A stretch of DNA of 64,000 nucleotides. Source: Macrostomum lignano. Its lineage: Eukaryota. Below, piece after piece: positions 38,912 to 52,479 of this stretch. The DNA is taken from contig NIVC01003521.1 in assembly GCA_002269645.1 (NCBI GenBank), positions 29,156 through 93,155 on the forward strand, read 5' to 3'. Positions within the stretch are counted from its first letter, which is position 1. Every line of letters starts with the position of its first letter. The notes below the pieces were generated by a model. That model made no database searches. It had not been told where the DNA came from and saw only the letters and a program-made list of their open reading frames with translations. The position numbers and the translations under genes are program-made.

Positions 38912-41900
38912 ATGCTTTTCAGATGAGAACATGAACTAGCTGCCTCTGTAAAATTTAAAGCACATATGTGCATTAATGTATACTCGTAGTAGTACTGTAG
39001 TTGCAATATATATCCAAGTGTTTTAACTTTCCTGCCTACCTATCCATACATGTACTACTCAGAGTAAGTTGGCATTACAAGGTTTTTGAGTCCAAGCAAG
39101 AATGTGAATATATGAGTGGAAGCATTATTATTGTTCCGGCAAATATGCTTCCGAAACAGACAATTTTGATAGCCCTATCGGAACTTTGTTCAAATTAAAC
39201 GTGCTCTGTCACTTTTTAATACGCGGCATTTTTGCTGCATAATTTTAGCAATTTTATGAAATCCCCCCTATTATCTACTACCCTTCAAACATGCTTTTTG
39301 CTTATAAAAGAAAGTCCCCAACCCTGAGAATCCAGGTCCCTCCGCAAAATATGACTCATCAAAGATTCGTACCAATTACGCCCGCCTATACTCAATCGAT
39401 TGACGCACACCGACGTTCATCGGGCCGCTGTGCGCGACATTCAAAGCACACGTCGCTAAACAGCAAAGTACATGTACACACTGTACGTCACGTGTATACG
39501 CGCGTTGTTATTAGGTCGCTCAATTACTCATTCTATCATCGACATCGCAGGATGTCCGAAGAAGCCTCCGCTACCGCAACCGACGTCTCGAGATTTTTAC
39601 ATATTATAAATTCCTTGATCCGAAGATTACCATGGTTGCAGGATATATCTTGATATCAGTATTTGTCTCTGTATGAGAGATACCTGGCGGCTAAAGATAT
39701 AGTTCTCAAGCGCCAGAACCGAAACACTGACACTTGAATGCTCGAACCGAGATTACATAAAATTGCAAAGCCTTCCCGTATTTGCACGTTTGACCCTTAT
39801 TTGAGGAATATCAACAGTTAGGCTTTTCATATTACCGATTCCAGAACCAGAATCGGTTCGAAGCTTTTCATATTGTCTGTTCCGTTTTCAGAATCGGTTC
39901 CAGAACCGTGTTCTCGTTCTGGAATTTGGATCGCGAAGTTTTCTCGATCCGATGTCATGTTTACACTTTAACAGTAAAATATATTTGAAATCGTAATTTT
40001 TTAATTATTGGTATATATTATTCCGTTTTTTGTCATATCCAAGAGGAAACAGTCAAGGAAAGGCAAAATTAAATTGTATAGACTGACAAACATAAAATGG
40101 GTTCGAAGCTTTTCATTTTCCCACCGATTCTGGTTCTGGAATCGGAATTGTTCTGGTAATAGGAATCGAAATAGGAGATTAGGAAGAATTATTATGTTTG
40201 CATTGCTCTTTTTATATAAAACTGTGAAATCTTTACTGTGAAATCTATACCCTAAAAGTAATCAAAGAAGAAAGTAAATTCTACCTCTATAATTCGATGT
40301 TGTTTTACTATGTAAAAATCTAATTTAAAAGCGTTTTTTGTTTTCTTTCAACTTTAGGATATGCATGCATGCTGCACTGCCTGCACAAATTTTTTTTGCA
40401 CCGCCAGGGCTCAGTGTCATCGTCACATTGTGTCAGTGGCAGCGATCTTATCAGTAGAAGAAGTACCAATCCGTAACGATCTTATCCTGATGATGAGCTG
40501 TCATCCTCCGTAAACACTTGTCATTTGTCGGTTTTGACAGTTTTATACATAAAGCCATAATTGATTAATAATCAAAATCATAACTGATACTTCTAATTTC
40601 TATTGCTCAGTTGATAATAGTTTAAGTAGGCCTATAAAGTACTTGGTGGCCTGTGGCTTTGAATATAAGAGTATTGCCATGACTAGGCTTATATCCAAGA
40701 CCAAGGCTTAGATCCTTTGTATATTATTTGTATTATTAGATGTTATTTTGCTAAACTATACTTTTTCAACTTTTTCAATTGACCATAATTTAGCATGCAA
40801 ATAAAAACTTTTATTTCATAGGAAACCTTGCAAATGCATAAAAAGATAGCTAAAATATAGTCTACACTGAGCACCTTTGTTAAAAAGAACACTTATTTTA
40901 AAAAACATTTTGTCTAATAAAATAGGCCTAAATGTAATTTTGATAAGATCATAATTTTATTCTATGTAATAAAAATAAAAGTGTACTAGGTCTGTTAGCT
41001 CTGTCTTTCTAGAATCCTAACTGTTGGCCTTTGCCTAGTCACTATTCTTATGAGCTGCCACGCGAAGGGTCAATGCAAAGATCCTCGCAGAAAATAGATA
41101 AAACAAAAATTAAAACACAAAATAGGGCAACGAGGGGAACAGCCATGGGAACAGAGACAGGACTGGGGAAACAACCAAAGGGGCAGGCCACGGACAGGCA
41201 ATGACAATAAATTTTGTCATTGGAAGGGGAAAGAATAGGAAAAAGGATTTGCAAAAAGTTACTGCCAAAATTAATAGTCACAAAACTTCGTGGTAGACCA
41301 TAATACCACATGCGCAGCGGCGCTAGATTAAGGGTAGCAGAGAAAGCTCGACCCTGAGCTTCAAGGGTGCCGGCCACAGTGGGCAGGCGAGTGGCCTCCT
41401 CGATTAGCTTGGCGAGCACTGCGGGCATGGTTGGAGCTTGCAAGATGCCCTTGATGGCATAGTTGCAGAAATGATACAGGCAATCCTCGGCCAAGCATAG
41501 AGGCATAGTCGACACCTAGCGCAATCATAGCAGCGATTTGGCAAAGGCCTCGGCAATCTCGGGAGCTCCCCAGGCGTAGTGGTCAATAGGCGGCATGGCG
41601 CCTCTAAACATTGGATCAATAGAGATTGCAAGCCAAAGGTTATACATGGCACGGAGAATTTGTATGAACATGAAATTCAATGATTTCAAAACAAACCGGG
41701 GCAATGAACAATTAAAAGATATAGAAAAGGTTGACTTATTTAGTCTTATGGATGGCCAGCCAATGAACATGGGAAACCAGCCGCCAAAAAAGAAGGGGGG
41801 CATATACCCCTGCACTCTAAAGGCACGTAGAGGTGGGGTGGGTAAGTTCAACAAAGAGCAAAAAAACAGATAACTGCCAGGTGGGGGCCCAATTAGAATT

Positions 41901-44372
41901 TTAAAGGGGGGAAGGCTGTAAGGCTCACATTAATCAGGTATTGCAGTAAGAAGGCAGAGCCTTACATAGAATTTAGATATTAGAAATAGTAGAAGCATCT
42001 CCTCCTTGATTAAATTGCAAAATGGAAACTAACATGATGGCCAAGTTATCATACAGAGATCTCCATAAGGAGTTACAGCAAATGGGGTAGAATAAAAAGT
42101 GCTGGAAAACCAAGCCAAAATAGGGGCCCTAACAAAATTTCCCAGGCTCAGCATAAGCGGAACAAATAATAAATAAAAAAGGGAAGATTCACCCCAGGTG
42201 CCCTCTGCTGAGGACAAGACCTCGAGCCAGGGGTCTCTTGACCTGAGCAGGACAAAATAGCTAGTCATATAAGCAAATGGTTCGTAAATTGGAAGGATAC
42301 CTTCAGTCTCAAGCTTGACTAGAAGGTTTACAGTTGATTGGGATTCCGCAAGTTAATGAATTGCAATTGAGCAATGGAATAATGTATTGCATGCTAATAA
42401 TTTAGTGTCACATTGGTGCAGGCTTTTACGATCAAGCCTAAGGCTAAATATCAAAATGCAGAGGTGCATGTCACATAGGATAAGTGAGCATGAGTACAAA
42501 ATTTTACAGCTGCTTTTCTTCCTCAAGCATAAGGAAACAGGATATCAAAATGAACGTACATTGAATGCTGCTTTTGACCGCAAAGCATAAGGAGAGAGAA
42601 CTGCTTTTACCCTCAAGCATAAGGTGACATTAAAAGTACATTGAAACAATGCTTTTATCCTGAAAGCATAAGCAAACAGAAAAATAAAATTACCTTCAGC
42701 ACATTAGCGGGTGCAAGAGAAGGTTTACAACAGCAATAAAATTAGAAATGCATTCGCAGAGTTGACTACTTATAGTAATGTGCAACAATAGCAAATTACT
42801 AAGTGCAATATAAAATTGCTGGTAAATACCTTTTAGAGTTCCACCTCCATGCCAATGTCAGGCAGATCCAGGTCGCCCTCGGCGAGCACCTCCAGGTGGC
42901 GCAAGCTCGGCTCAAATAGCTGGCTGCCTCGCAGGTTGGGCGGAGCTGCGGCCGGCTGTTCTGGCGCGGGCTGATCGGCTGGATTGACTTCGCTATCTTC
43001 GCTTGACTCATAGGGCAGTTCAGTCTGGCGCAGCGGCTCCTGTGGTCAGTCGGCCATTATCTGCAGCACCTTGATAATGTTGTTGCAATGTACCAACATC
43101 TCGGCTGGGTGTCCTTGCCGGGCTGTCGCAGGCCTAATCCAATATGCCACTTCTCCAACTTTCCTCACGACCTTGTACATACTCTTGTATGGCCAGTGGA
43201 ATTTGGGCAGCTCTCCCAATTCAAGCTTCGGGTTAGCAAGGCAGACAAGGTTGCCGGGCTGCAATTCCACAGGCTTTGGTCAATTCTTATAGTAGTACTC
43301 TTCTCGGCATTGGATCTCAGTCCTCAGTTGCTGTGGCACAATGCGCTCAGTTTCGGCCAGTCTGTGCTGATGCTTGGCAATGTACTCGGGGAGATTGGCC
43401 GCTACGTCCAAGCGGTCTAGGGTGTTTTTGATAGGGTATCGATAGGGCACTCCGTAGACAACATTGTGCATCGAGAACCTGATCTTAAGGCAGTCAAAGT
43501 GGCTGGCAGCATTTTGGCCCATTGCTGATGATCTTCTAGGAGACAAGTGAGCACCTTCTTTATGTTCTTGTTACACAACTTGGCTTGTCCATTAGCCCAG
43601 GGTGAATATGGCGGCGTTGTAATCTGCCGAATGCCATATACTTTGCAGAAATGTAAGAAATGATCAGAGTGAATCCATGCTGGGATTCCAGTGATCGGGA
43701 AAACTTGTTCCTGCAGGAGAGTTATTATCGTCTTGGTGCGCTGATTTTTCATGGCAAAGGCAAAAGGGTACTTTGACGTAGTGTCAACGTGGGTCAGGAT
43801 ATACTTGTTGCCTTGGTCTGTTGGATCTCCAGTGGGGCCCAAAATGTCAATTGCGTATTGCCCATAGATTTTGCAAACTGGGAACAATTGTACATGCACT
43901 GGAATTCGTTGCCATCCTTTGCTCTAAGTGCAGGTCTGGCAAGAAGCAACATAGTCAGACATGGCCTTGGCCAGGGCAGGTTGCTAGAATCTTTCGCACA
44001 CTTTTGCAATGGTGAGGTCTTAGCCCATGTGTCCGCAGTAGGGCAAACCGTGCAGGTCGGCAAACACAGTGGCATCAAGACACTTCGGCAGGATGATTTG
44101 TGCTGTCTCTTCCTCGCCAATATTGTTAAGATGAATCACTAGTAGTCCATCGTCTCGGACCTCGAGCTGCTCATAAAACGCTAGCAGATTTCGCTCGTCT
44201 CGCATCATGTTTAATCGCTGATTTTGGCAGCTTTGGTTGTCAACTTTCTAAAAGGTTGATCACCATAGCGATGGCAGAGTCAGCACGCTGATGGATCTGG
44301 AGCTCCTCGCAGGTGATTGGCCTTGGGATGTGATCAGCCAGATTCAATGTTTGGTGTCTGTTAGCAGAACTA

Positions 44373-45659
44373 CGAGGGGCACTATTAAAGTTCTGAGCCT
44401 TAATATGAAAGAGAGGAGATATGGGCAAAGTGAGATCAGCTTTTCTCAACATAGTCTCCCCCAACCAAGATGCACTTATGGCATCTTGATCGCAGCGCCG
44501 CAATGCCACTCTGGAAGAATTGCACCGAGCAGCCCTCAAACCAAGCAGTTGCAGCATCCTTTAGTGCATCATCAGTGTCAAATCGCTGTCCACGGAGCGC
44601 CCGCTTGAGATGTGGAAACAGGTGGAAGTCGCTCGGGGCCAGGTCTGGTGAATAGGCTGGGTGCGGCAGCTCTCGAAACCCTGCGACACTGACAGCAGCC
44701 TTGGCAATCCTGCTAGTGTGGGCCGGTGCATTGTCGTGCAGCAGCACAACACCTCGGCTCAGCATCCCTCGCCTATTTTCCTTGATTGCTTCGCGCAGAC
44801 GGGCGATCAGGTCAGCGTAGTAGGTGACTGTCTGCTTGTGCGGTAGAAAGTCCAGCAGCAGCGGGCCCTTGGCATCCCAGAAGATGGTGAGCATAATCTT
44901 GCCCGCACTGCATGCAGTCCGTGCCTTCAGTGGTGCAGGTGAACCAACTGGCAGCCACTGCTTGGACTCCTGCTTGGACTCGGGATCGTGGTGATGGATC
45001 CACGTCTCATCCCCGGTCATGCAGCAGGACAGAAAGTTGGCAGGGTCCGGATCGTAGGAGTCCAGGACAAGCTTTGAGTACTGCACCCGTGCGGTCTTTT
45101 GGTCCCTTGTCAAGATTCGTGGGATCCATCTGGCAGAAACCTTGGACAGATGAAGATGCTGGTGCAGGATCTCAATGACTTGCGGGTCAGAGAGTCCAGT
45201 GTCTGCCGCAAGTTCCCTGACTTTCACCCGCTGGTCACTGTCAACCAGAGCCTGGATGCGCTGGATGTTGTCGGCAGTGACAGCAGTCCGGGGTCGTCCA
45301 CATCGGGGGTCATCTTCGAGCGAGTCGCGGCCACGCTTGAACTCGGCTGCCCAGCGCTTTATGGTGGCGTATGAGGGGGCAGCGTTAGCGTACACACTAG
45401 CCATGCGGCTTTGAATTTCAGCAGGCTTTGAGCCCTCCAGAGTCAGAAATTTAATCACTGCCCTGTGCTCAAGCTTCAATTCTTGAGAAAATGCCATGGG
45501 GTGCTGGAAATAAAATGGTGCAGTGGGACTTAGGGAATGTAGAAAATTCTGAAAAGTTGACAATAGACTATTAACATGTGGCGCTTTTAGAGCCTAAAGT
45601 TTCAACACTTTGCCACTATAAGATCTTGGTCAGGCTCAGAACTTTAATAGTGCCCCTCG
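44373..45659 (-). mobile_element. Full-length mariner DNA transposon (1287 bp), perfect 28-bp TIRs, TA TSD
   Basis: CGAGGGGCACTATTAAAGTTCTGAGCCT at 44373-44400 and its exact reverse complement at 45632-45659, each flanked by TA. Confidence 0.97.
44436..45497 (-). CDS. Mariner transposase (DD34D), 353 aa, open frame
   Basis: HTH region; WIPRIL; TGDETWIHH; LLHDNAPAH; HPAYSPDLAPSDFHLF. Confidence 0.95.
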   Translation of the reverse strand: MAFSQELKLEHRAVIKFLTLEGSKPAEIQSRMASVYANAAPSYATIKRWAAEFKRGRDSLEDDPRCGRPRTAVTADNIQRIQALVDSDQRVKVRELAADTGLSDPQVIEILHQHLHLSKVSARWIPRILTRDQKTARVQYSKLVLDSYDPDPANFLSCCMTGDETWIHHHDPESKQESKQWLPVGSPAPLKARTACSAGKIMLTIFWDAKGPLLLDFLPHKQTVTYYADLIARLREAIKENRRGMLSRGVVLLHDNAPAHTSRIAKAAVSVAGFRELPHPAYSPDLAPSDFHLFPHLKRALRGQRFDTDDALKDAATAWFEGCSVQFFQSGIAALRSRCHKCILVGGDYVEKS

Positions 45660-48600
45660 TAGTCGGTGCAGCTTTGGCTATGGTGACATGGTTCGGAGTC
45701 TGGAGCTCCCTCCGCATGATCGCTACTCTGGCCGGTTGCTAGGTTGTTGAAGAATTTGAAGGCCAATCCTCATCAGTCTTTTTGGCGTCACTGTCGGCAA
45801 AATTGGATTCATCAGCAGATGAGGGTGAGTCAGCAGAGCTGTCGGTGTGGATGCTGGATCTCATTTGTTTCTTGAATTTTGGGCAGCAAGTGGGTTGGCA
45901 GCAGTCATCTCTGACTACGCTGTGGTCGCTGTCCGTGTTGTCTCCAGCTAGTAGTCGGCGGCTCCTAGACAGGCAACATGTCATGCTACTGAAGCTGGTA
46001 GGCGACCTCTGCGAGTCATCGTAATGGATGGTTGATGGCCTCGGCTTCGTTCCCAGCGGGTCAACGGCTTCTTGCTTGGTAGAAGGCTAGGGTGGCTGTT
46101 GTTGTGGACCTTCGGCACCGTCCCATAGAGCTTAGTCCCATAGGCATAACATTATAGGTGAATTGTCCGCAGTGCAACATGGCAAAAGCAGTCAGATCTT
46201 GATCTTCTGGACGCAGAGGAATTTGATAGTAGTGGCTATTCAAGTTGAAAGTGCTGAATAGCTGGCTTCCTTCGAGGCTGGCGATTGCTTCCTGGATGTT
46301 TGGAATCAGGTATAGAAAGTACTCGCATTTCTGGTTCAAACTCCAAAAATCCTGTATAATTTGCAGGCTGCTGTCTTTCTTCGGGATGATTACCAGCGGG
46401 ATGTTGTAGCTGGAGAAGCTCAGTCAAATCATGCCTTTGGCAAGCAGATCCTCAAGCAGCTGGTCCACCTTGGGCAGCAGATGTGGTGGAATCCTTTGGG
46501 TTGGCAGATATATAGGATCCTTGTCCTTCAATACAATGTCATGGGTGACTAGGTGAGTTCGGCCAAGATTGTGTGGCCCCTGCAAGAAGATAGCCTTGTA
46601 CTTCTTCAATAGCTTGATGACTTGAGTGTGCTGGTCACTATAGCTTGGGCAGTCTGATCAGTCTCGCTATCCCAACTAGGGCATTTGCTCAGACTTTGAT
46701 CAATTTTGTTCCTCAATTAATCATCTCGACAGTGCCTTCTCCATTGGCCATAGATATTAGTGCAAGTGCGGCGTCCAGGTGCTGCACATCTTCGCACCAA
46801 GCTGGTTTCAGCGGCTCGATCACAGCGGGTGTCCCTTAATTTTCTTCACGTCCTTTAGCTAGTTTAATCTTGATTTAGGCTGATGATAGCGGCGGCACGA
46901 TTGTGCTCTTAGCCATGTAGATTCTGCACGTGGTAGCTTCGGTTCGCGTGTAGCAAAGTGGTGCAGCAGTGCCATCCTTGAAGAACAGCATCCTGGTGGC
47001 AAGGTCCAGTGAGGTGCTATACTTCTCCAGGAACTTGAAGCCCAGGATGTTGTCATGCAATACTTTAGCTAGCAGAAACTTGACTTTTGGCTCAAAATTA
47101 CCAATTTTAACTTTAATTGTTAGTTGGCCTGCCATTTGAATAGGCTCTCCATTGTAGGTTACAATGCGCTGCAGGCAGGGCTCAATTTGGCCACATAGGG
47201 TTGGGTCATCGGTACATAGCTAGTGCCAAGTGCTGAATCCCAGGACTTTGCACTTGGAGCCGGTGTCAAGCAGAAAAGCAAAATAACGCTCTTGAATCTC
47301 ACCAGTTAGAAATGGATCCCTTCGTGGGCGCTTGAGTGCAGATGTCTATACAGGTGCAAGGGCAGTCTCAGCAGTCTCGGCAGGGACTTTAGTGCTGGCT
47401 TGGCTGCTAGATGGCCGTCCCATTTCCCAAGCTGCTGTTGCACTGGGATGCGGTGCTGGCCAACTGTCAGTGCGGGCATTTGTCGGCGCAATGCTTGTGG
47501 TTGCACCTGTAACACATTGCGTTCTGCCGTCGCAGCTGATAAGGCGGCAGGCGCAAACTTTACTGTTACTGTGGCTGTTGCTGCTGCTACTGTTGATGTT
47601 GACCTCCTGCTGGTGGCGTCCTTGGCGGCAGGTTGCTGCCGGCTCATGGTTGCTGAAGCTGATAGAACTGGTCGTGCTGCATGTGCTGCAATTCACGTGC
47701 TGCAATTCATGTGCCTGGTGTCCTATATTAGGCGCTCTCATCAGCGCTGTGGCAAGGAGTCGAGGGCACCAAACATTGGTTGCATTGTACTCTAGTTGTT
47801 AACTGACCGTCGTCATCCTTGAGAACCCGGACATGTCTCACTGCTGGTGGCAGTGCTACTTACTGAGCCAGGCTAGCTGCTGTTTCCAGGCATAGCATAG
47901 CCCTTCTCGCTGCAGTCAGATTCTGCGGTTGAACCAGGATTAGCTGCTCTCTGGCTGGCTGGGCAATTTGTACTCCCACGGTAAACTAGTCCACCAGCTC
48001 AGCCTGCTTCTGAACCGGGATGAAGTGCAGAAATGCTCTTTCGGCCAGAGCCATTAGACAATCACTGTAGTCGTCCATGCTCTCATTCTTTGCTGGCAGC
48101 ATTGGAATTGCTCGCGGTACTCCAGTGTGTTGGCCACGTGCGTGAAGCGCATGGACAATCTCTGCTTGAATTCGCCAGACATCAGATTGTCTGGCAGTTC
48201 CATCCTGATGACTGCGGGATAGGTTGTGGCAATGTCCAGATTCAATAGGACTTCTGCCTTACGTCGGTCATCCCATTGAGCTCGCAACACTCCTTGAGAG
48301 CTTGGATCTAGACGTCAAAGTCCTGGTTCGCAGTGTACTGCTGGATCTTGACCAGTTTCGGCGTGGAGCTCAATCCGGCTATTGGGGTGGCTGATACACA
48401 TGATGATAGTGTTGTGGCTATCCCAGACTGGTCTGTTCCAGATGCCATCGCACCTCTTCAGTCACTGCATGGATCATCTTGTTGTAGGTTGGCCTGGTAG
48501 TTGAATTGTCGGGGCCTGCGGCATCAGCTGTCGCGTCCGCGGCCATTGAGTTAGTAGTCAAAGCCACTACGTAGATTCTGAACGATGCATTGAATGGTTT

Positions 48601-49274
48601 TTGGTGTTTTGTATCTCACTTAGCTGACCACCAGTGAGGTGGGGTGGAGAAAAGAAAATAGGAAAGTGGATTAATTTAAATTTAATCTCTTTTGAAATCA
48701 GTCAGTTTGCTGATACCAATGAGGTGAGGCGGTTTTAACTTTCAAATTCCGCCTTTGTAATCATGGCACACGTAAAGCCAGAAAATGTCATCGTATATGG
48801 ATACTCCGTCTGCCGGGTCCTCAATTCCAAGGGAAAGGTAGTCGTAATCGTAGTTGTGCGGTCTTGAGCAGGCACGGTCGTTTAGTTGGTAGACTTGACT
48901 TGATGGTCTAGACACTGCAATTCTGTTTTCTGAGTTTCTGAACTGATTACTTTTAGTAGAGTAGCGCTGCCACTACCATAATTTTTTATTATGAAATGTT
49001 GAGATCTCAGAGCTCATTTGGAGTTGAGACTAATTCGGTTGTTTAATGCCCAGCAGGCAAATAACTCAAGATAAACTATTAAGGGCTTCGATTGATTAAC
49101 GTAAAAAAGTAATGAGCAGGTGACTTAATTATTTATTAATTTGTCAACAGATAGTTTAGCTACAAAATGAGAGTTATCTGGCTGTGCTGAGGTGCGGAAT
49201 AATTGGAGTTAATTACGTAAAGGCGGTCACTATTAAGGTCTAAACAATATCCACCTATATACTAAATTTCTAAA

Positions 49275-49324
<50 letters not shown>

Positions 49325-49800
49325 GGAATTTCACTCTACAGATTGAATGCCTCAACCATTTTTAACCACGTTTTCTGCAAAACATTGCAAATTGTCCAGC
49401 CATTGTACCGATAAAATTTCTTTAATTTGCTTCAATGATAAAGGTATTAAATATTCGAAAAACGAGTTTTACCAATACTTTCAATAGGAGGCTAGAAAAG
49501 GTCAAAATCTTGACTGACTGAATTTCAATTCCAATTGAGATTGCGCCATAGCAATTTTCTCTCTCCACTGTGTAAGCTTCAATACTGGCTGCAGTGTGCA
49601 AGAGAGAGAAAAAATGTTCAGTGGCTGCGTATATACATTCTGACCCTGGCTGACTGGCGGACTGCATAGACCATTGCTATCTATAGATTTCACTCAATTG
49701 TGCATTGGCTCTGCCTGCGCACTGAGCAGCCTATCACTGCTATGTATTTGACTGCAATGCCGAAGCTTATATTGCTGATCTTCTTGCCTTTCCATTAATA

Positions 49801-49875
49801 GGCGGAGTAGCCGCACTGTAGGCACTGGGTTTAGGCTAGGCGTAAGGTCCCAGGTTCAAGTCCACCTTGCTGTGA
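49801..49875 (+). other. tRNA-like sequence (SINE head or tRNA pseudogene)
   Basis: GGCGGAGTAGCC...GTAGGCACTGGG...AAGGTCCCAGGTTCAAGTCC includes a B-box-like GGTTCAAGTCC; the acceptor stem does not close. Confidence 0.4.
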
Positions 49876-49887
49876 ACAAATAAGTTT

Positions 49888-50190
49888 TAATTAATTAATT
49901 TTTATTTGTAACTTATGCATCGACCAATTGAAACATCTTTCAATTAGTAGCAATTGGAGAATTTTTTATTAAGTAGCAATTAATTATTTTAATTAATTTT
50001 TATTTGTAACTTATGCATTGACCAATTGAAACATCTTTCAATTAGTAGCGATTGGAGCATTTTTTATTAAGTAGCAATTAATTATTTTAATTAATTAATT
50101 TTTATTTGTAACTTATGCATCGACCATTTGAAACATCTTTCGATTAGTAGTGATGGGAGCATTTTTTATTAAGTAGCAATTAATTATTTT
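49888..50190 (+). repeat. AT-rich ~100-bp tandem triplication
   Basis: TTTTTATTTGTAACTTATGCAT...AAGTAGCAATTAATTATTTT occurs three times. Confidence 0.85.
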
Positions 50191-50609
50191 TGCTAATCGG
50201 CACCAGTCACTAAGCAAATTTGATTTGTAAAACTGCTTCAAGTGTTGCTGGTCTCATCAATGGCATTGCTAATCCTGAGTTATGCTAAAGTCTGCCTATA
50301 TGTATCAAATACTGATTAGTGAGTCGTACTAAATGCTGAGCAATTTTTCAATTGTTGAAAGGATCATTGCAAGTTTACTGAGGAGACTGAGGAGCCAGCC
50401 AAGAGGAGAACTGCGTGCAGAATGTGTTGTAGAGGCAAAGCCTCTATAAGAGGTCAGAAATTCGAATCTGCTTTGAAGCAGAAATTTATCCCTGTAACTT
50501 GCGACAATAATGGTGTCTCCTCCAAAGCAGATTGATACAGATTTTTTTAAATCTTCATTTAATGATGTTATTCCGGGACTCCATTAATCTTCTAGAGCGA
50601 AGGAGCGGT

Positions 50610-51470
50610 GCTTAATCTGGGGGAGTGGTGCTAATCTGGGGGAGCAGTGCTAATCTCGGGGAGTGGTGCTAATCTGGAGGAGTGGTGCTAAATTGGGGGA
50701 GTAGTGCTAATCTGAAGAGCAATGCTAATCTTGGGAGCGGTGCTAATCTGGAGAGTGGTGCTAATCTTAAAAGCAGTGCTAATCTAGGGAGTGGTGCTAA
50801 TCTGGGGAGCGGTGCTATTCTGGAAGAGTGGTGCTAATTTGGAGCAAAGTGGGGCTAATCTGGGGTGAGGTAGTGCTAATCTAGGGGAGCGAAATGGGGC
50901 TAATCTGGGGGGAGGTAGTGCTAATCTAGGGGAGCAAAATAGGGCTAATCTGGGGTGAGGTAGTGCTAATCTGAGGGAGCGAAATGGGGCTAATCTGGGG
51001 TGAGGTAGTGCTAATCTGGGGGAGCAAAATTGGGCTAATCTGGGGGGAGGTAGTGCTAATCTGGGGAGGTAGTGCTAATCTGGGGCAAAATAGGGCTAAT
51101 CTGGGGTGAGGTAGTGCTAATCTAGGGGAGCGAAATGGGGCTAATCTGGGGTGAGGTAGTGCTAATCTGGGGGAGTGGGGCTAATCTGGGGTGAGGTAGT
51201 GCTAATCTGGGGGAGTGAAATGGGGCTAATCTGGGGGGAGGTAGTGCTAATCTGGGCGAGTCCTAATCTAGAAGGGAGTGGTGTTATTTTGAGGGAGTAG
51301 TGCTAATTTGGGAGAGTAGTGCTAATTCGATAATGCTAATTTGGAGAAGTTGGTGCTAACCTGGGGGAGGAAAGTCTAATCTGGGGGAGTAGTGCTAATC
51401 TGGAGGGGAACTTGGGGAAGTAGTGCTAATCTGGCGGAGTAGTGCTAATCTGGGGAGAGTAGAGCAAATC
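50610..51470 (+). repeat. Degenerate tandem repeat (GGGGGAGTAGTGCTAATCT core)
   Basis: Recurrent GCTAATCTGGGG units. Confidence 0.85.
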
Positions 51471-52479
51471 TGATGGTAGTCCTCGTGTCAGGTTTTTTGC
51501 ACAATTATTGTGAAGTTTAATATTGCTAAAACAAGACTACAAGCGTAACTCATACAATAAAATAACAAATAATGATAAGAGAACTATAAATGAATTGATA
51601 TTGCAAAGTTACAAACATTGTGAAATGTAAATTTTTAGAGCTTTTTTAGTCTCAGTAGAATTGATGTAAAACTGCTTAGAGATTTTCTACTGCAGAACTG
51701 CTTAGTGGTGCTTGCTCAGCGACTGTGCAAAACTGCTTATAGATAAGCGCTAAACTGCTAAGAAGCCACCCGGAGGGGGGCTAAATGGCTAGTCCAATAT
51801 ACTAAAAATGGTTTGTCGGTAGGTATCTATCTATGTGATCAATTAGAGAAAAAATGGCCCAACCAATTTTCTTTGAACTTGCACTGTTCGATCAGAAATT
51901 TTTCCGTGACGGTACATGCATCGTGGCTAAGAAATTGCTTGATGCTAAAGGGATTAAATATTCAAAAAACATGCTTTTTTGCAAAGGTCAAGCAGCTCTT
52001 TCAACTTGAAATGCATTGTAAGAATGCTAGAGAAAAAAACTGACTGGTTGAATTCTGATTCTGAAATAGATTGCATCACAATAAGCTTTTTATTTATCGT
52101 CAGTGTACTGGCTGAATTTTGACATTGAATTGAATTGCGTCACAGCGTTAAAAACGCAATGTGGAAGCATACCACAATACTTGATTTACGAGTATATTGA
52201 GTAACCATATTGGTAACTTTATTAGAGACGGGTACTGACTTGCCTAAGAAATTGATTATATCATAACTGCTTTGTGTGACTTGTACTCTAACTGACTTGG
52301 TGTGAGTGTTGAATTATAAGTGCTACAAATTCACTTATAACTTCGATGAGAGCTAGCCTAGAGGTGAACAGACTCGACTGCTAATGTAGCGACCAGGGAT
52401 TGAATTTTAGTAGTGTAATAAAAGTAGTGTAATTTTGTTATTGAAAGCTTTTATTAAAAGGCTAATTAAAAAGACCTGG

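Larger units (their letters stand above)
42800..49229 (-). mobile_element. Decayed Gypsy/Ty3 LTR retrotransposon (gag, protease, partial RT, integrase), interrupted by a mariner; candidate 5' LTR 48720-49229
   Basis: Protease LLDTGS (~47250); RT LGRTHLVTH...YQIPLRPEDQDLTAF...YNVMPMGL (46600-46100), broken before YxDD; integrase HGLPYCGHMG, IDILGP...YILTHVD...PYSPWANG; GPY/F-like LPKFHWPYK. PBS TGGTATCAGC next to a ...CCTCA LTR end. Many stops and frameshifts; no 3' LTR recognised. Confidence 0.85.

Noticed and set aside
39830-40150. Short inverted repeat CCGATTCCAGAACCAGAATCGG and direct repeat GGTTCGAAGCTTTT
   Set aside because: Probably a MITE relic, but neither ends nor TSD could be defined
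41900-42800. A 3' LTR for the Gypsy element
   Set aside because: No match to the 48720-49229 LTR and no polypurine tract was found
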